A stretch of 54,664 nt of DNA from an uncultured Bacilli bacterium (GTDB lineage: Bacteria > Bacillota_I > Bacilli_A > RF39 > UBA660): assembly GCA_910586635.1 (NCBI GenBank), contig CAJUJA010000001.1:1-54664 (forward strand). Reading direction: 5' to 3'. A program made the translations under genes and the position numbers. The stretch's first letter is position 1; every line of letters starts with the position of its first letter. The notes under the pieces are model-generated. The model saw only the letters and a program-made list of their open reading frames with translations. It ran no database searches and was not told where the DNA came from. Of this stretch, positions 18,694 through 28,517 are shown one piece after another.

Positions 18694-20175
18694 ATGAGAG
18701 AATTTAGTGAACAGGAGTTAGTAAGAAGAGAAAAAGTTGAAAAGATTAGGGAGGTTTGCAATCCTTATCCTGAACGATTTGAAATTACTCATGAAATTAA
18801 AGATGCAGCTAAGTTAGAAGATGGCATTTCATCCGTATGTGTTGCAGGAAGAATTGTTTTTATGAGAAAAATGGGAAAAATGAGTTTTGTTACGATCAGA
18901 GACATAGAAGGGAAAATTCAATTATCTATTAAGATTGATATGGTTGGAGAAGAAAAGTATAGATTTTTTAAAGAAAACTTTGATATTGGAGATTTTATAG
19001 GTGCAAGGGGAGAAATCTTTACAACACATACTGGGGAAAAAACGATTCGTGTTGATTCTTTTGAATTTTTAGGCAAGGCATTAAAACCCCTTCCAGAAAA
19101 ATTTCACGGGTTAACAGACCAAGAATCTTGTTATCGACAAAGATATGTGGATTTAATTATGAATCAGGACACTAGAGACCGTTTTTTAATTCGAATGAGA
19201 TTTATAAAAGAACTTAGAAATTATTTAGATTCTTTAGGCTATATGGAAATTGAAACCCCTATTTTAAATAATAAGGCAAGTGGGGCTACTGCTAAACCAT
19301 TTAAATCCCATCATAATGCTTTAGACATGGATGTATATTTAAGAATTGCACCTGAAACGTATATGAAAAGGGCTGTAGTAGCGGGTATTTCAAAGGTATA
19401 TGAAATTGGTCGCTGTTTTAGGAATGAGGGGATTGATCAAACTCATTTGCAAGACTTTACAATGATAGAGGCATATCAAGCATATTATAATTATCGGGAT
19501 AATATGAAATTGATTCAGAATATGTTACAGACAATTATTAAAAATATTTTTGGAACTCTAATAATACCTTTTGGAGATAAGCAAATTGATTTTAGTGGTG
19601 AATGGAAGAGTCAATCTTTTAGAGATATATTGATTCAGTATGCAAATATTGATATTAATGAGTATGATACGAAGGAAAAATTATTAGAAAAGATTCGTCA
19701 AGATCATATTGAATTAGAAAGTGAAACGCCAATCGAGGACTTGGGATTTGGGAATTTAGTAGATGTTTTATATAAAAAGGTTGCACGTCCGTTTATGATA
19801 GAACCGGTTTATTTAACAGAACATCCAATTGATTTATCTCCTTTAGCCCGTACCAATGATGATAATCAATTGGTAACAGATAGATTTCAATTAGTAATTA
19901 ATGGTGCTGAAATTGTAAATGGATATTCTGAGCTTGTAAATCCTATAGAACAAGAAAAAAGACTTTTAGAACAATCAAAATTAAAAGAAGCTGGGGATAC
20001 CGAGGCTATGGAGATGGATTATGACTATATAACAGCAATGGAATATGGAATGCCACCAATATCTGGTTGGGGTATGGGAATTGATAGAATGATTCAATTA
20101 TTGACTAATAGTGAAAATATCAAAGATGTTGTCATGTTTCCACTGATGAGATCTTTAGAAAAGGAAAATAGATAG
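18694..20175 (+). CDS. lysS: lysyl-tRNA synthetase, class II
   Basis: OB-fold N-domain. Class II motifs (YMEIETPIL; FRNEGID; GWGMGIDRM). Confidence 0.95.
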   Translation: MREFSEQELVRREKVEKIREVCNPYPERFEITHEIKDAAKLEDGISSVCVAGRIVFMRKMGKMSFVTIRDIEGKIQLSIKIDMVGEEKYRFFKENFDIGDFIGARGEIFTTHTGEKTIRVDSFEFLGKALKPLPEKFHGLTDQESCYRQRYVDLIMNQDTRDRFLIRMRFIKELRNYLDSLGYMEIETPILNNKASGATAKPFKSHHNALDMDVYLRIAPETYMKRAVVAGISKVYEIGRCFRNEGIDQTHLQDFTMIEAYQAYYNYRDNMKLIQNMLQTIIKNIFGTLIIPFGDKQIDFSGEWKSQSFRDILIQYANIDINEYDTKEKLLEKIRQDHIELESETPIEDLGFGNLVDVLYKKVARPFMIEPVYLTEHPIDLSPLARTNDDNQLVTDRFQLVINGAEIVNGYSELVNPIEQEKRLLEQSKLKEAGDTEAMEMDYDYITAMEYGMPPISGWGMGIDRMIQLLTNSENIKDVVMFPLMRSLEKENR

Positions 20176-20273
20176 AAATTCTATTTCTTTTTTTCCAAAA
20201 ATTTCATAAAAAAGTATTTAAATGCTTGTATTATGGGTTCAATGTAGTATAATTATTATGGGAGGAGGTATTT

Positions 20274-21719
20274 ATGAAAAGACATAATACAATAAAAGTC
20301 GTTCTTATTACAGTGTTAGTATTTATGCTACTTTCTTGGATATTACCAGCTGCATATTTCCAAAGTAGCTATGTTGAACAAGGACGCGTTCAGATGGGAT
20401 TGTTTGATTTATTCACATATCCTACAACAGCATTATCTTATTTTGGATATATTGCTTTATTTATTCTTGTTGTAGGGGGATTCTATGGAATATTAAACAG
20501 AATTCCAGCTTATCGAATTTTACTAGATAAGATTGCTAAGGCATTTAAAAAGAAAGGAAAAATAGTATTATCAGTTATGATGGTATTATTAGCAGTAATC
20601 ACTTCTATTTGTGGTTTACAATTAGGATTGATTATCTTTTTCCCATTCTTAATAGCTATTATTCTTCTAATGGGATATGATAAGTTGGTTGCCGCATTAA
20701 CCATAGTAGGATCTACTATGTTAGGAATTGCTGGAACTACATTTGCTTATGCAAATACTAGTGTGGTATTATCCACATTATCAGTTAAACTTACAACTAA
20801 TATGTTAGTAAAAATTATTATTTTAGTTGTTGGATTAGGACTGTTGATATTTAATACAATGAGATATATCAATAAAACAGAAAAGGCTTCTAAAGAAAAA
20901 AAGAAAACAGCTAAAAAGACAGAAACAAAAGAGGAAAGCTCTTTTGCAGCTAAATTAGATGATTTTGTACCTGCAGCAACAAAATCAAAAGCAAAAATAT
21001 GGCCAATAGTGGTAGTTTTTTCAGTTATTTTTGTGATTATGGTCATGGCCTTTATTTCTTGGTCAGGAGCATTTAATATTACAGCTTTTGATAAAGCAAC
21101 AACGGCAGTAACAGGATTTAAAATTTTCGGATTTAATTTATTTGGAAAATTGCTAGGAAATGTTAATGCATTTGGTAGTTGGACTTTGGCAGAATTAATG
21201 GCTACTATGATTCTATTTGCGGGATTATTGATGATTATTTACAAAGTTAAATTTAATGAGGGATTTCAAGCATTTATTACAGGTGCTAAAAGAGCATTAG
21301 AGCCTGCTGTATTAGTTATCTTAATTTATACTTGTTTAGTAATTGTAACTTATCATCCATTCCAATTAGTTATTTATAAAGCATTATTTAGTATTACCAA
21401 GGGATTCAATGTATTTACATCTTCTATAGCAGCAATTTTAGCAAGTTTGTTTAATGCAGATCCATTGTATACATTCCAAAGTATTTTACCTTATTTAACT
21501 AGCATTGTATCTGATAAAGCAACCTATAAGATTATTGCAGTTGTTTATCAGGCTATGTATGGTGTTACGATGTTGATAGCACCTACTAGTGTTATTCTTA
21601 TGGGGATCCTTTCTTATTTAGGTATTTCATATAAGGATTGGTTTAAAAATATTTGGAAATTAGTGCTTGAATTAATAATTATTATGTTAATCATATTTAC
21701 GATATTGGTATTAATTTAA
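20274..21719 (+). CDS. YfcC/DcuC-like polytopic membrane transporter (putative) with a Lys-rich loop
   Basis: At least 10 hydrophobic spans. ...VVGGFYGILNRIPAYRILLDKIAKAFKKKGK...MGYDKLVAALTIVGSTMLG resembles the YfcC-family N-terminal blocks as I remember them. Central KTEKASKEKKKTAKKTETKEE loop. Confidence 0.45.
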   Translation: MKRHNTIKVVLITVLVFMLLSWILPAAYFQSSYVEQGRVQMGLFDLFTYPTTALSYFGYIALFILVVGGFYGILNRIPAYRILLDKIAKAFKKKGKIVLSVMMVLLAVITSICGLQLGLIIFFPFLIAIILLMGYDKLVAALTIVGSTMLGIAGTTFAYANTSVVLSTLSVKLTTNMLVKIIILVVGLGLLIFNTMRYINKTEKASKEKKKTAKKTETKEESSFAAKLDDFVPAATKSKAKIWPIVVVFSVIFVIMVMAFISWSGAFNITAFDKATTAVTGFKIFGFNLFGKLLGNVNAFGSWTLAELMATMILFAGLLMIIYKVKFNEGFQAFITGAKRALEPAVLVILIYTCLVIVTYHPFQLVIYKALFSITKGFNVFTSSIAAILASLFNADPLYTFQSILPYLTSIVSDKATYKIIAVVYQAMYGVTMLIAPTSVILMGILSYLGISYKDWFKNIWKLVLELIIIMLIIFTILVLI

Positions 21720-21730
21720 AAGTAAGATAA

Positions 21731-21752
21731 GAGAGCCTTTGCTCTTTTTTTG
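21731..21752 (+). terminator. intrinsic terminator
   Basis: agagc-cttt-gctct hairpin followed by T7. Confidence 0.5.
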
Positions 21753-21754
21753 TA

Positions 21755-21783
21755 TTGACAAAAAGCTCTGGGGGGGGTATACT
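21755..21783 (+). promoter_or_regulatory. consensus-like promoter TTGACA-17 nt-TATACT with a G8 tract in the spacer
   Basis: TTGACA at 21755-21760. The spacer (21761-21777) ends in GGGGGGGG (21770-21777). TATACT at 21778-21783. Confidence 0.6.
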
Positions 21784-21818
21784 GTAAACATAAGGTAAAT
21801 AAATACGGAGTGATAGCA

Positions 21819-22781
21819 GTGAAAAAGAGAGTAAAAAACAATTATAAAATCATATTAGGAATCATAATAGGAGGTATCTTATCGGGAGTAGGAGTCTATG
21901 CAGCAACTACCATTTCAAGTTCTACTATTTCTTATGATAATTCGAAATCAGGGTTAACATCTACAAATTTGAAGGGTGCGATAGATGAGTTGTATGAAAA
22001 ATCAGATATTAGAAGGCAGGGAAAATACGTATCAGCATATACTTATAGTACAGCTACTGCAACAAAATGTATAACAGGGGAGGAATCAACCTGTAAGAAG
22101 ACAGAATGTTATAAAACGAAGACAGCAAATAGTTGTAAGGCTGGTGATATTATAAAATATAAAGTAAATGATACAGATATTGTAACGTTTCATGTTATGT
22201 TTGATAATGGATCAACAATGACTATGCAGTCCCAAAAAAATACGGTAAATAGAACAGTATGGTATGAAGATCCTGGTTTAGAACACAAGAATGAAGGTGT
22301 GTTGAAATCAGATAATATTACAGCCTTTGGACCTTTAACAGCACTAGAAGCTTTAGAATCTGTCACGGAAACGTGGGTAAATGTCAATAATCAAACCTAC
22401 AAAATGGGAACAACAGTATTTAAGACAAATGCTTATACAGGTTGTGATAGAGGTTCGATTTCATGTACTAAGAATATATATACTCTACCTGAAAGGACTG
22501 CAAAAGCTAGGATGATTACCTTGCAAGAAGCAGTTGTATTAGGATGTACAAAAACAAAGTTAACATGTCCAATTTGGATAGCAAACTATTTAAAATATTC
22601 TGCAGGAAATGGAGGAACTATTAATATTACTCAATCTAGTGATGCGATATGGACAATGAATGCCGAAGATTCACAAATTGCAGTAACCATACTTCCTAGA
22701 TATTTAGATCATAATTATGCATATGGGTGGCAATCAAGATTTGAACGTGGGGTTAGAGCCGTTGTTGTTGTTAACAAATAA
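21819..22781 (+). CDS. N-terminally anchored or secreted Cys-rich surface protein sharing an N-terminal module with 54267..
   Basis: GTG 21819 lies 8 nt after ACGGAG (the frame is open from 21810). TM/signal ...GVGVYAATTISS, then ISYDNSKSGLTSTNLKGAIDELYEK. Contains 9 Cys. Confidence 0.6.
   Translation: MKKRVKNNYKIILGIIIGGILSGVGVYAATTISSSTISYDNSKSGLTSTNLKGAIDELYEKSDIRRQGKYVSAYTYSTATATKCITGEESTCKKTECYKTKTANSCKAGDIIKYKVNDTDIVTFHVMFDNGSTMTMQSQKNTVNRTVWYEDPGLEHKNEGVLKSDNITAFGPLTALEALESVTETWVNVNNQTYKMGTTVFKTNAYTGCDRGSISCTKNIYTLPERTAKARMITLQEAVVLGCTKTKLTCPIWIANYLKYSAGNGGTINITQSSDAIWTMNAEDSQIAVTILPRYLDHNYAYGWQSRFERGVRAVVVVNK
21897..22004 (+). repeat. dispersed paralogous segment (copy 1), about 80% nt identity to 54345..54452
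   Basis: By-eye alignment: tatgcagcaactacc...gatgagttgtatgaaaaatca versus tatgcggcaactacg...gatgaattgtatgaaaagttt. Confidence 0.7.
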
Positions 22782-22829
22782 TTTGATATAAAGAAATTAT
22801 GTTAGTTAGTAGTACATGGTAATATTTTT

Positions 22830-22854
22830 GTGGCAATTCTTGTCACTTTTTTTG
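22830..22854 (+). terminator. intrinsic terminator
   Basis: gtggca-attct-tgtcac hairpin (one G-U pair) followed by T7. Confidence 0.5.
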
Positions 22855-22916
22855 TTTCATAATTTCTTGCAAAAGAATACATAATAAACATAAAATAACT
22901 TTAGGAGGAGGAGAAT

Positions 22917-25220
22917 ATGTTTTCAAAATTCAGTGAGGAATCCCAAAAAATATTATTAAATGCAAAGAGGGAAATGTCATCTTTAAAACATCCTTATGTT
23001 GGTAGTGAGCATTTACTTTTAGCAATTTTATCTAATAGTGATATCGAAGTTACTAAAAAATTAAAGGATTATAATATAAATTATCATAGTTTTAAAGATG
23101 AGGTGATAAATGTCATTGGGAAGGGAACTCTTGCAAATCAATGGTTTTTATATACGCCCCTATTAAAAAGGATTATTGAAGGAGCTACAATGGAGTGTAA
23201 GGAAAATAAGGATAAGGAAGTTACTCCTACTCATTTATTTTTGGCTCTTTTGGAAGAAGGTGACGGAGTTGCTATTCGAATATTAATGGGAATGAATATT
23301 GATATTGATACTTTATATGATGAATTTTCGAATAGCTTAATTGCAAAAAAAAGTAAGAGTAAAAGAAAATTAATGATAGAAGAATACTCTGTGGATTTAA
23401 ATAAAAGATGCTTAAATCATGAATTAGATCCAGTAGTAGGTAGGGAGTCAGAAATTGAGCATATTATTGAAATTCTTTCGCGTAGAACAAAAAATAATCC
23501 TTTATTAATAGGAGAGGCAGGTGTAGGAAAAACTGCTATTGTGGAAGAGTTAACTAACCGAATTGTATCTGATATGGTTCCCAATAATTTAAAGAATAAA
23601 AGAATTTTGTCAGTGGCCATGTCCTCTTTAGTAGCAGGGACTAAATATAGAGGAGAGTTTGAGGAACGAATTAATAAACTGTTAAAGGAAGTAGAAGAAA
23701 ATGATGATATTATATTATTTATTGATGAAATTCATACTCTAGTAGGGGCTGGGGGAGCAGAGGGTGCAATTGATGCTTCGAATATTTTAAAGCCTGCCTT
23801 GGCGAGAGGTAAAATTAAAGTAATTGGTGCAACGACAATAGAAGAATATTCAAAATATTTGGAAAAGGATAAGGCCCTAGATAGGCGTTTTCAAAAAATT
23901 TATATATCAGAGCCTAATACAGAAAAGGCTAAGGATATTCTCTTAAAATTAAAGCCACTATATGAATCTTTTCATAATACTTTAATTAGTGATGAAATCG
24001 TTGATTATATTATTGATGTATCAGATAAATATATTTATAATAGAAAATTTCCTGATAAGGCAATTGACATTTTAGATGAAGTTTGTGCTAGAACGGTTTT
24101 ACTAAAGGACAATAATGAAGAAAAAATTGATAGGTTAAAACAACAATTAAAACTTACCATAAAAAATAAAAAGGAGTCTATTGTAAAAGAGGATTTTGAT
24201 CAGGCAACAGAATTTAAAAATGAACAAAATAAACTAGAGACTAAGATTAACCATCTTTATTTGAAAAGTAATCAAAATAATAGTCCAAAACTTATTACTA
24301 AGAAGATGGTTATGGATGTGGTTACCGCAAAGACGACTATTCCTATTTTTGAGGATGAAAATACAAATAAAAGAATTATTAATTTAGAGTCTCATTTAAA
24401 GAAAAAAGTAAAAGGACAGAATGAAGCGATAGAAACTCTTTGTAATTTTGCTAAGAAAAAGCAATTGGGATTTATGGATAATAAGGTGCATTCTTTCCTT
24501 TTTGTTGGAAAAACAGGAATTGGGAAAACACTTTTGGTCAAGGAATATGCCAAAGAACTTTATAATAAAAATAATCTTATTAGAGTCGATATGAGTGAGT
24601 ATAAAGAGTCACATTCGGTTAGTAAGATTATTGGATCTCCTCCAGGTTATGTGGGATATGAAGATCAAAATTATTTATTAGAGAAAGTGAGAAATAATCC
24701 TTATAGTGTGATTTTACTAGATGAAATTGAAAAGGCTAGTACAGATGTTATAAAATTGTTTTTACAAATTTTAGATGAGGGTAAAATCAAAGATTCTAAA
24801 GGTGTGGATGTTTATTTTCATAATACTACTATTTTTATGACATCAAATTTAGGATGTAGTGGAGCTACTATTGGCTTTAGTGAGAAACGAGAAAATATGA
24901 TTATGAATACGTTAAATGAATATTTTGGAGTAGAGTTTGTTAATAGAATAGATGATATTCTTGTATTTAGAAGTTTAGAAGAGGATGTAGTAAAAGAAAT
25001 AATAAGAAAAAAAAAAAAAAAATTAAAAAATTATTATCAGGAAAAAGATATTAAATTGATTTTTAATCATCAACTGGTTAATAAAATTGTGAAAGAGTCT
25101 AAGTATGAGATATATGGGGCTAGAAGAATTGAGAAAGTAATCGATCGTAATATTAATAATTATATTATTAATGAGGTGTTGAACGGAAACAAAAATGTTA
25201 TTCTTAAAGAGGCTTTGTAG
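22917..25220 (+). CDS. clpC: ATP-dependent Clp protease ATP-binging subunit ClpC (class III stress AAA+ unfoldase)
   Basis: Clp_N repeats. D1 Walker [11 protein letters not shown]2 Walker A GKTGIGKT, a coiled-coil middle region, and a TIGF ClpP-docking-type loop. Contains an A16 tract at 25007-25022. Confidence 0.9.
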   Translation: MFSKFSEESQKILLNAKREMSSLKHPYVGSEHLLLAILSNSDIEVTKKLKDYNINYHSFKDEVINVIGKGTLANQWFLYTPLLKRIIEGATMECKENKDKEVTPTHLFLALLEEGDGVAIRILMGMNIDIDTLYDEFSNSLIAKKSKSKRKLMIEEYSVDLNKRCLNHELDPVVGRESEIEHIIEILSRRTKNNPLLIGEAGVGKTAIVEELTNRIVSDMVPNNLKNKRILSVAMSSLVAGTKYRGEFEERINKLLKEVEENDDIILFIDEIHTLVGAGGAEGAIDASNILKPALARGKIKVIGATTIEEYSKYLEKDKALDRRFQKIYISEPNTEKAKDILLKLKPLYESFHNTLISDEIVDYIIDVSDKYIYNRKFPDKAIDILDEVCARTVLLKDNNEEKIDRLKQQLKLTIKNKKESIVKEDFDQATEFKNEQNKLETKINHLYLKSNQNNSPKLITKKMVMDVVTAKTTIPIFEDENTNKRIINLESHLKKKVKGQNEAIETLCNFAKKKQLGFMDNKVHSFLFVGKTGIGKTLLVKEYAKELYNKNNLIRVDMSEYKESHSVSKIIGSPPGYVGYEDQNYLLEKVRNNPYSVILLDEIEKASTDVIKLFLQILDEGKIKDSKGVDVYFHNTTIFMTSNLGCSGATIGFSEKRENMIMNTLNEYFGVEFVNRIDDILVFRSLEEDVVKEIIRKKKKKLKNYYQEKDIKLIFNHQLVNKIVKESKYEIYGARRIEKVIDRNINNYIINEVLNGNKNVILKEAL

Positions 25221-25236
25221 TCTCTTTTTATTTTTC
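25206..25236 (+). terminator. possible terminator after clpC
   Basis: aaagag / ctcttt stem spanning the stop codon, followed by a T-rich tract. Confidence 0.4.
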
Positions 25237-25269
25237 TTTTAATATGATATAGTAAATGCAGGTGATAAT

Positions 25270-26667
25270 ATGCGAATTTATAATACTTTAACAAGACAAG
25301 TAGAGGAATTTATTCCCAATAATCCAGGTGAGGTTAAGATGTATACCTGTGGACCTACGGTGTATCATTTTGCTCACATTGGTAATTTAAGGGCCTATAT
25401 ATTTGAAGATATTCTAGAAAAAACTTTGAATTATTTAGGTTATAAAGTAAAAAGATGTATGAATATTACAGATGTAGGGCATCTTACTAGTGATTCTGAT
25501 TCTGGCGAGGATAAGATGTTAAAGGGAGCAAAAAGGGAACATAAATCAGTGATGGATATTGCAGAATTTTATACTGCACAATTTCAGAAGGATATTAAAT
25601 GTTTAAATATAGCATGCCCAGAAATTGTATCTAAGGCAACAGATAATATAGAGGAATATATTGAAATTATTAAAGTTTTATTAGAAAAAGGATACGCTTA
25701 CTGGAGTGGTGGTAATGTATACTTTGATACCTCAAAGCTAGATGATTATTACAAACTTACGAATCACAAGATAGATGAAATGGTAGTAGGTGTTAGAGAG
25801 GGTGTAGAAGAAGATAGAGATAAGAAAAATCAAGCAGATTTTGTTTTATGGTTCACGAAGTCTAAATTTGATGAACAGGAATTAAAGTGGGATTCTCCCT
25901 GGGGAGTGGGATATCCTGGATGGCATATAGAATGTTCTGGGATATGTATGAAATATTTAGGAGAATATTTAGATATTCATTGTGGTGGAATAGATAATAT
26001 TTTCCCACACCATACTAATGAAATTGCTCAAAGTGAGGCTTATCTTTCCCATAAGTGGTGTAACTACTGGGTGCATGGGGAACATTTATACGATACTACA
26101 GGAAAGATGAGCAAATCAAAGGGAGAATTTTTAACTATAGGGTTATTAAAGGATAAAGGATATAATCCTCTTTCCTACCGTTTTATGTGTTTAAATACCT
26201 CTTATCGTAAGGTGTTGGTGTTTTCTTATGAAGCCTTAGATCAAGCAGAAAATGCTTATATGAAATTGAAAAATAAAATTTCATCTATAGATAATGGTGG
26301 TGAATTTGATCAAGTACAGTTTGATTATTATAATAATAAATTTATGGAGAATATTGGAGATGATTTAAATACTGCTAATGCGATTATGCTAATTTATGAT
26401 GTAATAAAAAGCGATTTAACTGGTACGACTAAAATTAAATTAATAGAGTCTTTTGATAAGGTTTTGTCATTGGATTTATTAAAAAAGGATACGAATCAAA
26501 TAGATTTAAATCAAGAAATACTAGAACAAATAGAAAAAAGAAACAAAGCTAAAAAGGATAAGAACTACCAATTAGCGGATTCTATTAGAAATGAACTTTT
26601 AGAACAGGGGATTAAACTAATCGATGGTAGAGAAGGTATTACCTATGAGATTGTTGATAAGATGTAA
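25270..26667 (+). CDS. cysS: cysteinyl-tRNA synthetase
   Basis: CGPTVYHFAHIGN (HIGH), KMSKSKGE (KMSKS), Zn ligands (C..C, HxxxE). Confidence 0.95.
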   Translation: MRIYNTLTRQVEEFIPNNPGEVKMYTCGPTVYHFAHIGNLRAYIFEDILEKTLNYLGYKVKRCMNITDVGHLTSDSDSGEDKMLKGAKREHKSVMDIAEFYTAQFQKDIKCLNIACPEIVSKATDNIEEYIEIIKVLLEKGYAYWSGGNVYFDTSKLDDYYKLTNHKIDEMVVGVREGVEEDRDKKNQADFVLWFTKSKFDEQELKWDSPWGVGYPGWHIECSGICMKYLGEYLDIHCGGIDNIFPHHTNEIAQSEAYLSHKWCNYWVHGEHLYDTTGKMSKSKGEFLTIGLLKDKGYNPLSYRFMCLNTSYRKVLVFSYEALDQAENAYMKLKNKISSIDNGGEFDQVQFDYYNNKFMENIGDDLNTANAIMLIYDVIKSDLTGTTKIKLIESFDKVLSLDLLKKDTNQIDLNQEILEQIEKRNKAKKDKNYQLADSIRNELLEQGIKLIDGREGITYEIVDKM

Positions 26668-26733
26668 AGTAAAATGAATTCTTTCATCTTTTTAATAGTT
26701 ATGGTATACTAAAGGTAGTCAATAGGAGGTATT

Positions 26734-27402
26734 ATGGATAAAAAATATCAAATAGTAAGAAAAGCAGAAAGTGGGGAAATATATAACAGACAAATTGCAG
26801 CAGTGGCAACGGTTACTTTAGTTACCGTTGGTTTTGTCAGTCTTTGTGCAATTTTTTCAAAAGGGAATAGTCAAAATTATAGGTATAACATCAATAATTC
26901 TTTACCTTATGCAGAACAATTAGAGAATATGTTAGATATTAATTTAGATTCGGATTTAGAAGAAAGTGTTAATAAATTACAGAACATTAGCATTTTAATT
27001 GATGAGTATCAAAATAATGAGGGATTTCTTGTGAGAAGTCATGCTTGTGAAAGTTTAGCCCAAAACTATTCTGAGATTGAGAAGACATCTTTGGAGGTAT
27101 TAAAAAAAGTAATAGCTGGCGAACATGGAGGTGTTGCTTCTGAGTATCAAATTGGATATGAAAAGTCGGATAATAGTTGGATTGCTTCTAATTACGCAGT
27201 AGGGACTATTACTTTAACAGGAGAGGAGCGATCTTTAGCAGAGGCAATTGGTCAATTTCAAAATTATCAATCTGTTGATTTTGAAAACTTAGACATAAGG
27301 GGTATTTCTCAATATGTTCAGGCATGTAGTCAAGTTCTTGACAATTCTATTTTCTTAGTGACTAGTAAATCAGAAAAATTTCAATATGCAAAAAAGCCTT
27401 AG
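26734..27402 (+). CDS. N-terminally anchored hypothetical protein
   Basis: RBS AGGAGG. One TM (IAAVATVTLVTVGFVSLCAIF), then an acidic, polar domain. No motif recognised. It is inserted between cysS and mrnC, which are adjacent in B. subtilis. Confidence 0.5.
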   Translation: MDKKYQIVRKAESGEIYNRQIAAVATVTLVTVGFVSLCAIFSKGNSQNYRYNINNSLPYAEQLENMLDINLDSDLEESVNKLQNISILIDEYQNNEGFLVRSHACESLAQNYSEIEKTSLEVLKKVIAGEHGGVASEYQIGYEKSDNSWIASNYAVGTITLTGEERSLAEAIGQFQNYQSVDFENLDIRGISQYVQACSQVLDNSIFLVTSKSEKFQYAKKP

Positions 27403-27436
27403 GGCTTTTTATTATCATAAAATTTTAGGAGGATTT

Positions 27437-27817
27437 ATGGATATAAGAGAAGTTAATGTACTTGTTTTAGCGTATTTAGGAGATACAATATATGAAGATT
27501 ATATTAGGCGTTATCTTATTGATAAAGGATTAAATCATGTGAATACTCTTCAAAAAGAATCAATTCAATATGTAAGTGCTAAAGGACAAGCTGAATTTTT
27601 AAAAAAAATGTTAAATCAAAACTATTTTACAGAAGAGGAAATAGATATTATTAAAAGAGCACGTAACTATAAAACAAATTCACACCCTAAAAACTGTGAT
27701 ATTATTACTTATAAATTAGCAACGGGTTTAGAGGCATTAATTGGATATTTAAGTTTAAGTAATAAAAGGGAGCGAATAGATCAAATTATGAGTTATATTT
27801 TGGGAGGTGTGTCATGA
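27437..27817 (+). CDS. mrnC: mini-ribonuclease III (MrnC/YazC)
   Basis: LAYLGDTIYEDYIR (RNase III-like signature) and ATGLEALIGYL. The ATG at 27437 follows AGGAGG. The track ORF from 27386 is an extension overlapping the upstream gene. Confidence 0.85.
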   Translation: MDIREVNVLVLAYLGDTIYEDYIRRYLIDKGLNHVNTLQKESIQYVSAKGQAEFLKKMLNQNYFTEEEIDIIKRARNYKTNSHPKNCDIITYKLATGLEALIGYLSLSNKRERIDQIMSYILGGVS

Positions 27818-28509
27818 TTGTATATGGAAAAAATGTAGCTTTAGAATTACTTCAAAGAAATACTAAGATAAAAAAAGTGTTTTTACAGGATAATTTTTGT
27901 GATGAAAAAATTATTTCTCTTATTGAAAAATTAAAAATACCTGTTTCAGTTTGCTCAAAAAGAAAAATGGACGATTTGTCAGGGGGAGTACATCAAGGTA
28001 TAATACTAGACATTCGGGACTACCAATACAAAGATTTAGATTCCCTACTTTTAAAGAATCCTGATTTTATTGTGATATTAGATCATTTAGAAGATCCTCA
28101 TAACTTAGGGGCTATTATTAGAACCTGTGAAGCAGCAGGTGTTAACATGATAATAATTCCTAAGGATAGGCAAGCTCAGGTAAATGCTACTGTCATGAAA
28201 ACTAGTGCTGGAGCCATTTCAAATATGAATATTGTTAGAGTTCCTAATTTAGTTAGTATCATTTCTAAATTAAAAAAGGAGGGATTTTGGATTGTAGGAA
28301 CTGATATGCAGGGCAGTCGTTATGATGAAATAGATTATAATTGTAAAGTTGCTTTAATCATTGGAAATGAGGGGAAAGGAATGAGTGATTTGGTATCTAA
28401 ATCCTGTGATTTTATTGCAACAATTCCCATGGTAGGGAAAATTAATAGTTTAAATGCATCTGTTTCCGCAGGAATCTTAATTTATGAGGTGGTTCGAAAT
28501 AGAAGGTAG
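27814..28509 (+). CDS. rlmB: TrmH/SpoU-family 23S rRNA 2'-O-ribose methyltransferase RlmB (YacO-like)
   Basis: LDHLEDPHNLGAIIRT, LIIGNEGKGM, IPM.G.INSLNASVSAGILIYE (SPOUT motifs). Overlaps the mrnC stop. Confidence 0.85.
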   Translation: MIVYGKNVALELLQRNTKIKKVFLQDNFCDEKIISLIEKLKIPVSVCSKRKMDDLSGGVHQGIILDIRDYQYKDLDSLLLKNPDFIVILDHLEDPHNLGAIIRTCEAAGVNMIIIPKDRQAQVNATVMKTSAGAISNMNIVRVPNLVSIISKLKKEGFWIVGTDMQGSRYDEIDYNCKVALIIGNEGKGMSDLVSKSCDFIATIPMVGKINSLNASVSAGILIYEVVRNRR

Positions 28510-28517
28510 GTAATATT

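Noticed and set aside
20766-20774. Perfect DnaA-box-like 9-mers: TTATCCACA at about 20766 and TGTGGATAA at about 34033.
   Set aside because: They are single, isolated occurrences inside coding sequences. There is no cluster and no AT-rich unwinding element, so they are expected by chance in 55 kb of AT-rich DNA.
22782-22916. A CtsR operator upstream of clpC.
   Set aside because: No GGTCAAA-type tandem heptad repeat is present. There is only a weak TTGCAA -35-like hexamer with a poor -10.
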